64,000 nt of DNA from an uncultured Sandaracinus sp. (GCA_903828805.1 CAIKNO010000330.1:1096-65095), one strand, 5' to 3'; positions 1 to 9,403 are shown, numbered from the stretch's first letter. Notes: generated by a model not told the origin, from the letters alone. Numbers and translations: made by a program.

Positions 1-940
1 TGCCGAGCAGTTGATCGCCCGCGCTCGCCGCAGGCATCCGCACGCGGAAGAGCAGCTCGCGACGCTGACCCGCATCGACCGCCCCGAGCGGCAAGAGCAA
101 GCGGCCCCCGTCGAGGCGTGCGCCCATCGTCGCGCCGGACAGGATGATCACGCCGGGCGCGGGGACGATCTCGATGCGGCCGTTGAGCGCCACCGAACGC
201 TGCAGTCGCATCAGCTCCGTCTCGAGGATCGACGCCATCTGCGACGGCTCGCCGAGGTGGTGCAGCCGGCCCGCGCTCCGCACGACCATCGCGGAGAGCG
301 TGTGCGGATCGTAGTCGTAGCCGACGCCGATGGCGGTGATCTGCGTGCCCCACTCCGTCGCGCGCGACGCGAGGTCCGCGAGGGTGCCCGGGTCCGAGGG
401 ACCGACGTTCGCGTGTCCATCGGAGATGAGGAAGATGCGCCGCACCGGATGCGTGGGCGGAGCCTGCGAGATCCGCGATACGCCCACCGACATGCCGTCG
501 AAGAGGTTCGTGCCGCCGCCCGCGACCAGCGAACCGACCCGCGCCATCAGCGCCCCGCGGGTCGCGGAGTTCACCAGCGTCGGGGGGGCCACCTCCGCGA
601 CCTGGTTCGAGAACCCGTAGATGGAGACGATGTCCCCGTCCGAGAGGGACTCGAGCAGGCTCGAGGCCGCCAGCTGCGCGTTCCGGATCTTCTCACCCGC
701 CATGGAGCCGGACGTGTCGATCACCATCGAGACCGCCATGGGCGCGCGCGCGCGGCTCGGCGGCACGACGTTCGGCGCGTCGACCCACACCCCGACCCAC
801 GCGTCGGAGCCGTCCCCGACCACGATCCGGCCCCGGAGCGGGGCGCCCCCGATCCAGGAGCCGCCCCCTGGCGACTGGGCCTGCACGGTGCCCGCGAGCG
901 CGAGCGACAACCCCAACACGAGCGCCGTCCATCGATGCAT
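1..940 (-). CDS. Secreted von Willebrand factor type A (vWA, YfbK-like) domain protein, 3' end runs off the window
   Basis: Absent from the ORF track because there is no stop in the window. Manual translation from ATG 940 (GGAGG upstream): MHRWTALVLGLSLALAGTVQAQ signal peptide, MIDAS motif VIDTSGSM, GGGTNLFDG, IFLISDGHANVG, TAIGVGYDYD. Confidence 0.9.
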   Translation of the reverse strand, partial: MHRWTALVLGLSLALAGTVQAQSPGGGSWIGGAPLRGRIVVGDGSDAWVGVWVDAPNVVPPSRARAPMAVSMVIDTSGSMAGEKIRNAQLAASSLLESLSDGDIVSIYGFSNQVAEVAPPTLVNSATRGALMARVGSLVAGGGTNLFDGMSVGVSRISQAPPTHPVRRIFLISDGHANVGPSDPGTLADLASRATEWGTQITAIGVGYDYDPHTLSAMVVRSAGRLHHLGEPSQMASILETELMRLQRSVALNGRIEIVPAPGVIILSGATMGARLDGGRLLLPLGAVDAGQRRELLFRVRMPAASAGDQLLG

Positions 941-1057
941 GAGAGGACCTCCGCTCGCCTTCGACGGCTGGCCCTCCCGGACGATCTAACCGACCCTCGA
1001 CTTCGTCTCCCACCTCGAGATCGACGCGGAGATCGCGGACCCTTCGGCCCCGCTCGA

Positions 1058-1897
1058 TCAGCCGGGCTGCAGTTCAGGACGGGCCCGGAGGTTCTCCGCC
1101 ACGCGCGCCGCGGCCCCCGCGTCCAGCCCGAGCAGCGCCGAGGCGACGAGGATGACGTCCTCGTTCGAAGCCTCGACGGCCCCGACCACGACGCCCTCGC
1201 GCTTGGCGAGCGCGTTCGCCAGGAACACGCACCTCGCCACCGGATCGGCCGCCACGAGATCTTCGCCCCCCTCGATCGCGTCGCGCACCACGCCGTGCAG
1301 ATCCCACTTGCGGGCCACCTCGACACCGAGCTTCCGGTGGGTTCGGGCGACGACGGCGATGAAGAGATCGGAGCCGACGAACTTCCCGTTGCTCAACGCG
1401 GCGGCCCGCTCGGCATCGAGCAAGTAGCTCGCGGCGATCGGCTTGCCGACGTCGTGCAGAAGGCCCGCAGTGTACGCGAGGTCGGAGTCCACGCCGACCA
1501 TGGCGGCGAGGTCGCGCGAGACGAGCGCCACCGCCAGCGAGTGCTCCCAGAGACCGGTGAGGACCTTTTGGAGCGCGGGGTCGCGCGCGTTGAAGAGCCG
1601 CTTGGAGGCCGCCTCGAAGATGACGGAACGGGCACGCTCCATGCCCGAGCGCACGAGCGCGTGCTCGACCGAGCGAACATCCACGCGGCTGCCGAGCGCC
1701 CCGGAACGAAGCACCGACACCGACAGTGCGCTGTCGCGCTCGATCGCCGACGCGACGTTGCGGAACGACACCTCCGGCTTCCGCAGCAAGCGCAACGCCT
1801 GCTCCGCGGCCGCGGGCAGGGGCGGCAACGCGATGGTCCCGGAGCGAATCCGCGCGAGCAAGATCTGCTCGAGAGAATCCGCCAGGCGATCGCTCAC
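1058..1897 (-). CDS. HDOD domain signal transduction protein
   Basis: LPPLP...IERDSALS...LWEHSLAVA...AYTAGLLHDVGK. The GTG start at 1897 overlaps the upstream TGA (GTGA). Confidence 0.9.
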   Translation of the reverse strand: MSDRLADSLEQILLARIRSGTIALPPLPAAAEQALRLLRKPEVSFRNVASAIERDSALSVSVLRSGALGSRVDVRSVEHALVRSGMERARSVIFEAASKRLFNARDPALQKVLTGLWEHSLAVALVSRDLAAMVGVDSDLAYTAGLLHDVGKPIAASYLLDAERAAALSNGKFVGSDLFIAVVARTHRKLGVEVARKWDLHGVVRDAIEGGEDLVAADPVARCVFLANALAKREGVVVGAVEASNEDVILVASALLGLDAGAAARVAENLRARPELQPG

Positions 1898-3321
1898 GGA
1901 GCGCTCCTCGCCTCGTCGAGCGTGTTGTGGACGACGACGTCGGCCGTGTCCTGGAAGCTGCGCATGATGGCCTTCAGCTCGGGCGTGCCGACGACGTGCA
2001 ACGCCAGCCCGCGCTTGCGCGCGGCTTCGGTCAAAGCGAGCACGAAGCGCGTGGCGCGCTTGGGATCGGCGGGCAGCGCCAGCAAATCGGCGACGATCCG
2101 ATCGAAGCACGCCTCGGCCATGCTCCGCGTGATCGCGTCGAACATCGACTGCGCGCGGCGAAGGCTCCGGTCCCGACGCTCCTCGTCGTCGCCGCACGGC
2201 ATCAGGCGGAGCACCTCGTTGTCGACGACGATCGCGTCCTGGCGCTCGAGGTAACGGAACAGCAAGGTCTCGAGCGCCCCCGGGTCGAAGGGCTTGGTCA
2301 GCGTGGAGATGACCTTCGGCGAGCGCAGCAGGGAGTGCTCGGACTCACCCCGCACCGCGAGCGCGATGAACACGGCCTGCGGCTGGATCGCCGCGAGCTG
2401 CGCCACGATCGAGAGGGAGTCGGCCCCTGGGATCTCCGTGTCGACCACGATGAGTCGGTAGTTCGAGACCCGCGCGAGCGCGAGCGCCGCCGTGGGATCG
2501 GTGCTGGCGTCGACCTCGACGCGCTCGCCCGCGAGCGCGCGGAAGCGCACGTGGACGTTCGGGTGATCGTCGATGAGGAGGACGTCCTTGAAGCCGGAGG
2601 GAGGCGCCATGGACGGCATGGTAGGCGCAGCCGTCGGCGATTGCGAGAGTACGCTGGGAAGCGGTGCCGCCTCGACCCCGGCGAAGGGCTTTCTCGCGAC
2701 GCCCAGCGCATCCTCGACGGGCGGCAACTGCATCGGGGGCAGCGACCCGCTGGATGCACCGAACGATGCGGGAGGCATCGCCGTCGGAGGATACGAGACC
2801 GAGACCGCCGCGGGGGCCGAGGGAGGCATCGAGAAGCCCGCGGGGGGCACGCTCATCGAGGGCAGCGAGAACGCCGATCCGCCCGGCGGCATCGACGAAC
2901 CGAGCGGGCCCGGAGCCATGCTCGGCATGGCCCGGGCAGGCGCTGGATAAGGGCCGGGCCGCACCCCGACCACGGTCTTGGCGATCCGGTCGTCGAGGCC
3001 GTTGAGCATCACGGGCTTGAAGAGCAGTTCGCGCGCACCACCGCGCAGCAACGCCGCGATGTGGGCGGTCCGCGTGTCGCGGCTGATCGCGAAGACGGGC
3101 ATCGTGATGCCTCGCCGCCGGAGCTCCTGCATCAAGCTGGGCTCGCCGACGTACGCCAGCTCGTCCTCGAAGAACCCGACGTCGAACGCGCCGCCCTCGA
3201 GCCGCGCGAGCGCCTCGGACGGGTCCGAGGCCCGGACGACCTCGAGGCCGAGCGCGCGGATCGCCTGCTCGAGCGTCTCGAGGGTCCCCGGATCCCGCTC
3301 CATCACCAGCGCACTGCCCAT
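1894..3321 (-). CDS. Response regulator with two receiver domains, a Pro/Ser/Met-rich linker and a STAS-like C-terminus
   Basis: REC1 (ALVMERD...FDVGFFE...LFKP), REC2 (VLLIDDH...LIVVD...LTKPF). The C-terminal IVADL...RGLALHVVG...VHNTLDEA resembles STAS. Confidence 0.8.
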   Translation of the reverse strand: MGSALVMERDPGTLETLEQAIRALGLEVVRASDPSEALARLEGGAFDVGFFEDELAYVGEPSLMQELRRRGITMPVFAISRDTRTAHIAALLRGGARELLFKPVMLNGLDDRIAKTVVGVRPGPYPAPARAMPSMAPGPLGSSMPPGGSAFSLPSMSVPPAGFSMPPSAPAAVSVSYPPTAMPPASFGASSGSLPPMQLPPVEDALGVARKPFAGVEAAPLPSVLSQSPTAAPTMPSMAPPSGFKDVLLIDDHPNVHVRFRALAGERVEVDASTDPTAALALARVSNYRLIVVDTEIPGADSLSIVAQLAAIQPQAVFIALAVRGESEHSLLRSPKVISTLTKPFDPGALETLLFRYLERQDAIVVDNEVLRLMPCGDDEERRDRSLRRAQSMFDAITRSMAEACFDRIVADLLALPADPKRATRFVLALTEAARKRGLALHVVGTPELKAIMRSFQDTADVVVHNTLDEARSAP

Positions 3322-3370
3322 CGCCTCACCCGTCCTTCGGTTCGTCCGTCGTCCCGGTTGATCGCACGTC

Positions 3371-5152
3371 TCAGATCCCCAGCGCCATCGCGGACCTCGC
3401 GGACGTCCGGGCCTGCGTCAGCAACGCCTTCGGATCCCCCCCCTCGATCTCCGCGATGACCCGTTCGAACTGCGCCTCGTCGAAGCCCGTCGCGAGCGCC
3501 GCGTGCGCGGCCACCTGCGCCGCCCGGACGCGCCGGGCGCCCTCGTCCCGTCCTGGACGCGGCGCAGGATGCCGGGCGACCGCGGCCTCGATCTCCCGGC
3601 CGAGGCCCCATCGACCCACCATGAGCGTCGCGACCGACGTCTGGTAGCGGAACGCGATGTCGGCGACCAGCGCGGCCGATGGCGCGGCGCGCGACGGTCG
3701 CACCACCGCGAGCCGCAGGATCTGCAGCCGGCCGACCTCGTGGAGCAACGCCGCGAGGTAATGGCTCGCGGCATCCTGCGACGCGCCGACGCGGCTCGAG
3801 GCGATCTCGCCGGCGAGGACGGCGGCCCGCCGGGCCGTTCGGGCCTCACCCTCATGCCCCGGGACCTTGAAGATCGGCGCCTGCAAGAACACCGACACGG
3901 CGACCCTCAGCAGATGGTCGAGGCCGAGCCGAGCGACCGCGCGGTCGAGGTCCCGCGGCGTGCGCCCCTGCGCGGAGGTGCTCGCCACCTGCATCACGCG
4001 GCGGGCGAGGTCCGGGTCGCTGCGCACGACGTCGACGACGTCCCGCAGGTCCGGGTCCCCCTTGCGGACGAGCTGGTCGAGACGCCGCGCCGCATCGGGA
4101 AACATGGGCAGATCGAGCGCGCGGGTGCAGGACGCGACGAGCCGCTCGAGGAACTCCCGGTCGCCCGCATCCCGCACCTGCTTGTGCTCCGCGGCGAGCG
4201 CCTTCGGGAGCCGGGACGCGACCTCCGCGGCGTCGTCCCCGAGGGCGCAGTCATGCCGCTCCCAAGGCGTCCCGCGGCCTGCTGCGATCGCCACGTTCGA
4301 CGGCCTTCGAGCCGCCGCCGCCGCGCTCGCCGACGACGCTTCCGTCGCCGCCGAGGCCGTCGTGTCCGCAGCCCCGAAGAGCCTGCGGACCCAGGCCACC
4401 AGCGCCGCCCAGGACGACCACGGCGCCGCGCTCCCCGCCCGAAGGGTGCCCGACGACGAGGCCCGCCCTCGCATGTCCCCGACCCCGCCATCGGGCTGCA
4501 TCGCGGCGAGCGACACCCGCGAGGGGTCCGACGGCTCCGAGCCCAACGAGGATCGCGACGGGAGCGGCGCGTCGTGCAGATCCGGAGGAGGCGCGAGGAT
4601 GCTGCCGCTCGAGGTCGTCGGATCGAAGGCCTTGAGCAACCCCCTGGACTGCGCCCGCCGGAGCAACTCGCCAACCTCGGCCGCCGACACTCCGAGCGCG
4701 AGCGCCGCCGCGATGAGCGTGCTCGCCCCATCGACCACGGACGCGAGCGCCACGAGCCCGGCGTCCTCCTCCGGGACCACGAACGGCTCGAACACCGTGT
4801 CGAGCGGCGGCAGTCCCCACAGGGCCGTGACCCACTCGTCGAGGGTGCGCAGCGCGTCGAGCAGGGTGCCCGTCAACGGCGCAGTCCGCTCGGCGTCCAC
4901 ATCGCACGCGGCGAATTCGAACGCGAGCTTCCGCTCGGCCATCACGCACACGAGCGATTCGAGCAGACGCGCGTGGTCCTCGGCGGCGAGCTCCCCATCC
5001 TTCCAGAAGAGCGTGTAAGGGCCCGTCTGCCCCTGCAGCGTGAGCGCGCCCGTGCGCCGCGTCTGCTCGAGCATCTGCAAGAGCCCCGCGAGCGTGGCGC
5101 CCTCGATGCGACCGGTCAGCTCGGGGGCGCTTCGGAGAGAGCTGGAGTCCAC
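3371..5152 (-). CDS. DUF4388 (PATAN-like) + HDOD domain protein
   Basis: N-terminal LTGRIEGATLAGLLQMLEQTRRTGALTL...LFWKDGEL; C-terminal LPMFP...DPDLARRVMQVA...LAALLHEVGR. Start uncertain (GTG 5152 chosen). Confidence 0.8.
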   Translation of the reverse strand: MDSSSLRSAPELTGRIEGATLAGLLQMLEQTRRTGALTLQGQTGPYTLFWKDGELAAEDHARLLESLVCVMAERKLAFEFAACDVDAERTAPLTGTLLDALRTLDEWVTALWGLPPLDTVFEPFVVPEEDAGLVALASVVDGASTLIAAALALGVSAAEVGELLRRAQSRGLLKAFDPTTSSGSILAPPPDLHDAPLPSRSSLGSEPSDPSRVSLAAMQPDGGVGDMRGRASSSGTLRAGSAAPWSSWAALVAWVRRLFGAADTTASAATEASSASAAAAARRPSNVAIAAGRGTPWERHDCALGDDAAEVASRLPKALAAEHKQVRDAGDREFLERLVASCTRALDLPMFPDAARRLDQLVRKGDPDLRDVVDVVRSDPDLARRVMQVASTSAQGRTPRDLDRAVARLGLDHLLRVAVSVFLQAPIFKVPGHEGEARTARRAAVLAGEIASSRVGASQDAASHYLAALLHEVGRLQILRLAVVRPSRAAPSAALVADIAFRYQTSVATLMVGRWGLGREIEAAVARHPAPRPGRDEGARRVRAAQVAAHAALATGFDEAQFERVIAEIEGGDPKALLTQARTSARSAMALGI

Positions 5153-5246
5153 AGAGCTGGGCAGAAGGGGATGTCCTCGTCTCGCGTCGGCCGATGAACC
5201 GGCCGAGGAAATGGCTTTCGAATTCGCAAGAACGCCGAAGTCCCCT

Positions 5247-6227
5247 TCAGAGTGCGCCCTCCCCTCGGGTCGGCGCAAGGTCCTTGGAGGGACCGCGCTC
5301 GAGCACGAGAAGCAAGCCTCCGAGCAGGGCTGGCACCTGACCGGTGACGTACCCCGTGAGCGCGACGAGCACCGCCTCGGAGGTCGACACCCCGGCCCCC
5401 GACAGCAGCGCCACCGCGACGCCCTCGCGCACGCCGATCCCGCCGATCGAGACCGGCAGCAGCACGGCGACCACGGTCGCATTGCCCACCGAGAGCAACG
5501 TGCCCCAAGACACATCCACCGCGAGCGCGGCACCGGCCGCCGCAAACGTCGCCGAGAGCGCGAGGTGCGACGCCACCCCGAGGCCGAGCGCCACCATCGA
5601 GCGCGACCACCCCAGCGGATGGCGAGCGAGCGCATCGGCGGCGCGGCCGGCAGGTCCGTGCAGCGGTCCCGGCGCGCGCGCGGCGAGGGCCTTCAGCACC
5701 GCGGGCGCGTGCAGCAAGGCGATCCCCGACGCGGCGACGGCCGCCACGCCGAACGTCACCGGCAACACCATCGGGCCCAGTCCGTCGAGCGCACCGAGCG
5801 GCGCCAGCGCGGCACACACCACCGCCATGCCCACGAGACCGAACAGCTTCTCGACCACCATCACGGACGCGCTGCCCGCGGCATCACCGGTTCGCCGCGC
5901 GACCTCGATGGCGCGGAAGCCATCCAGACCCGCCGTGGACGGGGTGAAGGCCCCGACGAACCGTCCGATCAAGAACGAGCGCACGAGCCACGGCAGGGGC
6001 TGAGCGAGGCCGCGGGCCTGCAACAGCACGCGCCACCTCAGCACCCCCGCGAGCACGGCGGTCAGGTGCAGCCCGACGGCCGCGACGACCGGCCCCGGCG
6101 CGACCGACGACGCCCGCGCGACGAGCACAGGCATCCCCTCCCGCGACGCGACCCCCGACACGAGCCACGCGAGCAGCCCGATCGACACGGCGGCCTTCAC
6201 GGCCAGGAGCCATCGCCCGCGACGCAC
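5247..6227 (-). CDS. Lysylphosphatidylglycerol synthase TM region / UPF0104 flippase-like membrane protein
   Basis: Multi-TM; LRWRVLL, FTPSTAGLD, VVEKLFG, LPVSIGGIGVREG motifs. Confidence 0.85.
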   Translation of the reverse strand: MRRGRWLLAVKAAVSIGLLAWLVSGVASREGMPVLVARASSVAPGPVVAAVGLHLTAVLAGVLRWRVLLQARGLAQPLPWLVRSFLIGRFVGAFTPSTAGLDGFRAIEVARRTGDAAGSASVMVVEKLFGLVGMAVVCAALAPLGALDGLGPMVLPVTFGVAAVAASGIALLHAPAVLKALAARAPGPLHGPAGRAADALARHPLGWSRSMVALGLGVASHLALSATFAAAGAALAVDVSWGTLLSVGNATVVAVLLPVSIGGIGVREGVAVALLSGAGVSTSEAVLVALTGYVTGQVPALLGGLLLVLERGPSKDLAPTRGEGAL

Positions 6228-6258
6228 CGACTCTCGCTACCCGCAGGCCCCCACGGGG

Positions 6259-7314
6259 TCAAGTTCCCGGGGCCGCCCCGTCCTGCACGAAGCGCACGGC
6301 ATCGGCGACGTCGTCCTTCGATCCGATGAAGAGCGGCACGCGCTGATGCAGGCCGCCCGGCACGACCTCGAGCACCCGCCCCGCCCCCGTCGACGCCGCG
6401 CCTCCGGCGGCTTCGGCGAGGAACGCCATGGGCGCGCACTCGTAGAGCAGGCGAAGCTTTCCGTCCGGGGACTTGCGGTCCCCCGGGTAGGCGAAGACGC
6501 CGCCGCGCAGCAGCGTCCGGTGGAAGTCCGCCACGAGCGTGCCCACGTAGCGGAGCCCGTACGGCTTGCCGCCCGGTGCCCGCTCGCTCTTCAGCGTGTC
6601 GATCCACGCCGTGACGCCCGGCGTCCAGTGCATCCGGTTTCCCTCGTTGATCGAGTACGTCGCGCCCCGCGCCGGGATGCGGATGTTCTCGTGAGAGAGG
6701 AAGAACTCGCCGACGAGGGGGTCCAGCGTGAACCCGTGCACGCCATCGCCGGTCGAGTACACGAGCATCGTGCTCGAGCCGTAGATGATGTAGCCCGCGG
6801 CGACCTGCTCCGTGCCCGCCTGCAGGCAGTCGGCCTCGGTGCCCGGGCCCGCAGCGGTGACCCTCCGATGGATGGAGAAGATGGTGCCGATCGACACGTT
6901 GACGTCGATGTTCGAGCTCCCGTCGAGCGGGTCGAACATCAGCACGTACTTGCCCTTCGGATAGGCCGGCGGGACGGGGATGATCTCGTCGTTCTCCTCG
7001 CTCGCCATGACGCAGACGTGACCGCCCGCCTCGACGCAGCGGACGAGCACGTTGTTCGCCAGCGTGTCGAGCTTCTGGACCGTCTCGCCTTGCACGTTCA
7101 CGACGCCCGTCGCGCCCAGGACGTCCGCGAGCCCCGCCTTCGCGACGCGGCTGGCGATCACCCTGCCCGCCAGCGCGATCGACTGGAACAGACCGGTGAA
7201 GTCACCGCTCGCACCCGGGATGTGCCGCTGGCGCTCGAGGATGTGGCGATCGAGGGTCCAGCCGAGCTCGTCCGGCGCGCCCGGCGCGATCGAGGAAGGG
7301 TTCGAGGAGATCAT
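6259..7314 (-). CDS. fbp: Class 1 fructose-1,6-bisphosphatase
   Basis: NVQGETVQKLD, ASEE, FDPLDGSSNIDVNVSIGTIFSI, RYVGTLVADFHRTL, GKLRLLYE. Confidence 0.97.
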   Translation of the reverse strand: MISSNPSSIAPGAPDELGWTLDRHILERQRHIPGASGDFTGLFQSIALAGRVIASRVAKAGLADVLGATGVVNVQGETVQKLDTLANNVLVRCVEAGGHVCVMASEENDEIIPVPPAYPKGKYVLMFDPLDGSSNIDVNVSIGTIFSIHRRVTAAGPGTEADCLQAGTEQVAAGYIIYGSSTMLVYSTGDGVHGFTLDPLVGEFFLSHENIRIPARGATYSINEGNRMHWTPGVTAWIDTLKSERAPGGKPYGLRYVGTLVADFHRTLLRGGVFAYPGDRKSPDGKLRLLYECAPMAFLAEAAGGAASTGAGRVLEVVPGGLHQRVPLFIGSKDDVADAVRFVQDGAAPGT

Positions 7315-7432
7315 GGTGAATGGCGCTCCAGCGCGGGGTTCTCGATCGAAGGGGGGCGGTCACCCCACGGGGTGCCGAGCGCACGCGGCGCGGATTGGAG
7401 ACTATCGAAGTGAGGCCGGGGGGCAAGTCCGG

Positions 7433-8107
7433 TCAAGGTCCGACGCTCAGCCCGTCGAGGAGCCCCCCGAGCGCGGCGAAACCCGCGACGTCCGACGCGC
7501 CGTCGACGTCCGTGCGCGCGAGGGTCGGCCCGAGATCGAAGAGCAAGGACAACGACGCCGTCCGGTGCGTGCCGTCGAACACGACCCCCGGGGTGTCCGA
7601 GGACCGCCACGGCAACACCCGCACGCGCTCCGCCTCGGAGCGCAGCCTCCGCACCGCGCCGTCGGGCATCGTCCAGGCGAGCTGCATCGTGGGGGTCCCG
7701 TCCACGGGCGCGAGGCGCACCCGCACGTCGCAGTAGCGGCCCGGTACCACGGGCACCGCATCGACCTCGACCCGGTCGGAAGGGGCCACGAGGTCGACGA
7801 CGAACGGGCTGCTCGTGGGCTCTCCGCCGTGGGCCGACGCGCGGCCTGGGCCGAGCCCATCCGGCCACGCGAATCGGGCCGACGCGCACCGCACCAGCGA
7901 GACCTCGGCCACCGAGATCCGGGCCTCGAGGAGGGTCACCGACACGCCCGAATCGGTCGTCGTCCGTGCCTCGCCCGCCCTGCGCCAGGCCACGAACGCC
8001 GCGAGCCCGTCGACCCGCCACGCGCAGTGCGCGAGCAGCAAGAGCGACAGCGTCAGGACGGCGAGGGGGCCCCGGGGCCGTCCGCGCCGGCGGCGCTCAC
8101 CACGCAT
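7433..8107 (-). CDS. Hypothetical exported protein / putative lipoprotein
   Basis: Basic N-terminus, hydrophobic stretch ending LLAHC, AHG and RYC residues. Overlaps the end of the upstream barrel gene. Confidence 0.6.
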   Translation of the reverse strand: MRGERRRRGRPRGPLAVLTLSLLLLAHCAWRVDGLAAFVAWRRAGEARTTTDSGVSVTLLEARISVAEVSLVRCASARFAWPDGLGPGRASAHGGEPTSSPFVVDLVAPSDRVEVDAVPVVPGRYCDVRVRLAPVDGTPTMQLAWTMPDGAVRRLRSEAERVRVLPWRSSDTPGVVFDGTHRTASLSLLFDLGPTLARTDVDGASDVAGFAALGGLLDGLSVGP

Positions 8108-8999
8108 CGAACGCGACCCCGCACTCCACGACCGGACCGTCGGAGCGGAACGGCCCCGCGGCCTGGGCGAAGGGCACACGCACCGTCGACCAGATCATCC
8201 AGTCGGCCGCCGGGGTGAACATCAGCGTGGGCGAGACGAAGACGACCGCGGCCACATCGGGCGGGTTCTTCCGATCGCTCCCTCGCTCCGAGGACCCCGG
8301 CGCGGACGGAGCATCCAGCCGTGCGTCGAGCCCCAATCCCAGCGCGAGCATGGTCGATGGCTGCCATTGACCCTGCCACGAGCCGCGGACGCTCGGCCCG
8401 TTCCGGAAGCCACCGAGTCCCTCGGTGGGCACGGCGAGGGTCGCGCCGGTGTGCATCGAGAGGGCCCCCTGAACCCAGCTCCACCCCACCCCGAGCAGCG
8501 GATCGAACGAGCCGGTGCCCGTTTGCGCGTCGAGCGGAAGCAGCACGCCGCGGGCATCGACGGCGGGGGTGGGCGTCGGGAACTGAAGACCCACCTGAGC
8601 CGTCACGCGGTGCGCCGGTGCGAAGGCGCGGTCCTGGAACAGCGTGAAGCGCGCACGGACGTCCGGATCGCCCAGCCCGAGCGTCACGTCGCGCGCGAGC
8701 GTCGGCGTCTCGGTCTCCCGCCACACGAACGGAATGGCCGCCGAGAAGGCGAGTCCATCGACCGGCGCCGCCGACACCGCGAGCGTCGCGCGCTGGTCGT
8801 TCACGTGCGTCCCGTCCTCCGACACCGAGAGGTGCTGCAGCGTCAGCGACCACCGGAGCGCCCCCGCGACCGAGGGCTCGGTGCCCACCCGCATCAACGT
8901 CGGGTCGCCGGTCCCGCAGGTCGCGCAGGCCCGGGCCCGCGGGGCGGGCCACAGCACCGCGGAACAGAGCAGGAGCGAGACGAGAAATGCAGCGCGCAC
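8097..8999 (-). CDS. Putative outer-membrane beta-barrel ('transporter'/MetA-pathway-like) with N-terminal CxxC
   Basis: Signal peptide ending ARA, then CATCGTGDPTL; GLGDPDV, GLQFPT, QTGTGSFD motifs; amphipathic strands; aromatic C-terminus (AFDAW). Start uncertain. Confidence 0.75.
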   Translation of the reverse strand: MRAAFLVSLLLCSAVLWPAPRARACATCGTGDPTLMRVGTEPSVAGALRWSLTLQHLSVSEDGTHVNDQRATLAVSAAPVDGLAFSAAIPFVWRETETPTLARDVTLGLGDPDVRARFTLFQDRAFAPAHRVTAQVGLQFPTPTPAVDARGVLLPLDAQTGTGSFDPLLGVGWSWVQGALSMHTGATLAVPTEGLGGFRNGPSVRGSWQGQWQPSTMLALGLGLDARLDAPSAPGSSERGSDRKNPPDVAAVVFVSPTLMFTPAADWMIWSTVRVPFAQAAGPFRSDGPVVECGVAFDAW

Positions 9000-9090
9000 G
9001 GGCCGCAGCCTTGGTCCTTCGCCCACCCCAGCGCCACGGACAGATTGCCGCACCCCCCGGAGCGAGCCCACGTCCGCTCACGCCATTCCA

Positions 9091-9120
9091 TTTCTGCAAT
9101 GCAGAGTTGCAATGCAGGAA
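9091..9120. promoter_or_regulatory. AT-richer palindromic operator/enhancer-like site
   Basis: TTTCTGCAATGCAGAGTTGCAATGCAGGAA: 13-bp arms matching 11/13 as an inverted repeat, TGCAATGCAG twice at 13-bp period, TGCA-N9-TGCA spacing. Confidence 0.6.
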
Positions 9121-9184
9121 CGCGGTGCAGCCCCGATCCCCTCCCCGAATGGTGATTTTCGAGGGGAACAGGCCATTCTTCACC

Positions 9185-9200
9185 TGGCACGACCTTGGCT
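9185..9200 (+). promoter_or_regulatory. sigma54 (-24/-12) promoter candidate
   Basis: TGGCACGACCTTGGCT versus consensus TGGCACG-N4-TTGCW: GG-N10-GC spacing exact, one mismatch. Confidence 0.65.
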
Positions 9201-9210
9201 ATAGAGCGAC

Positions 9211-9264
9211 GTCGAAGCGGCTCGCGTAGGCGATCCCCCCCCAAAGCCCGCGGGCCGCTTTTTT
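9211..9264 (+). ncRNA. Candidate small hairpin RNA with C-rich loop ending in an intrinsic terminator
   Basis: AAGCGGCTCGCG(TA)GGC pairs with GCC-CGCGGGCCGCTT, loop GATCCCCCCCCAAA, followed by a T-tract. It begins at the predicted sigma54 +1. Confidence 0.45.
9215..9264 (+). terminator. Rho-independent terminator-like hairpin plus T6
   Basis: GC-rich ~15-bp stem followed by TTTTTT (9259-9264), a rare run in this GC-rich DNA. Confidence 0.6.
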
Positions 9265-9403
9265 AATCTCCCATCGGTTTGCTCCGATGTTGCATCCTCC
9301 ACCCGGAACGACCTCGGTCGTTCCGGGTCGGCTGCGCTCCCTTCCCTCCTGCGAGGGGCGGGCGAGGCGACCGCCCAGGGCGCAGCGGCATCAGGAGAGG
9401 CAC

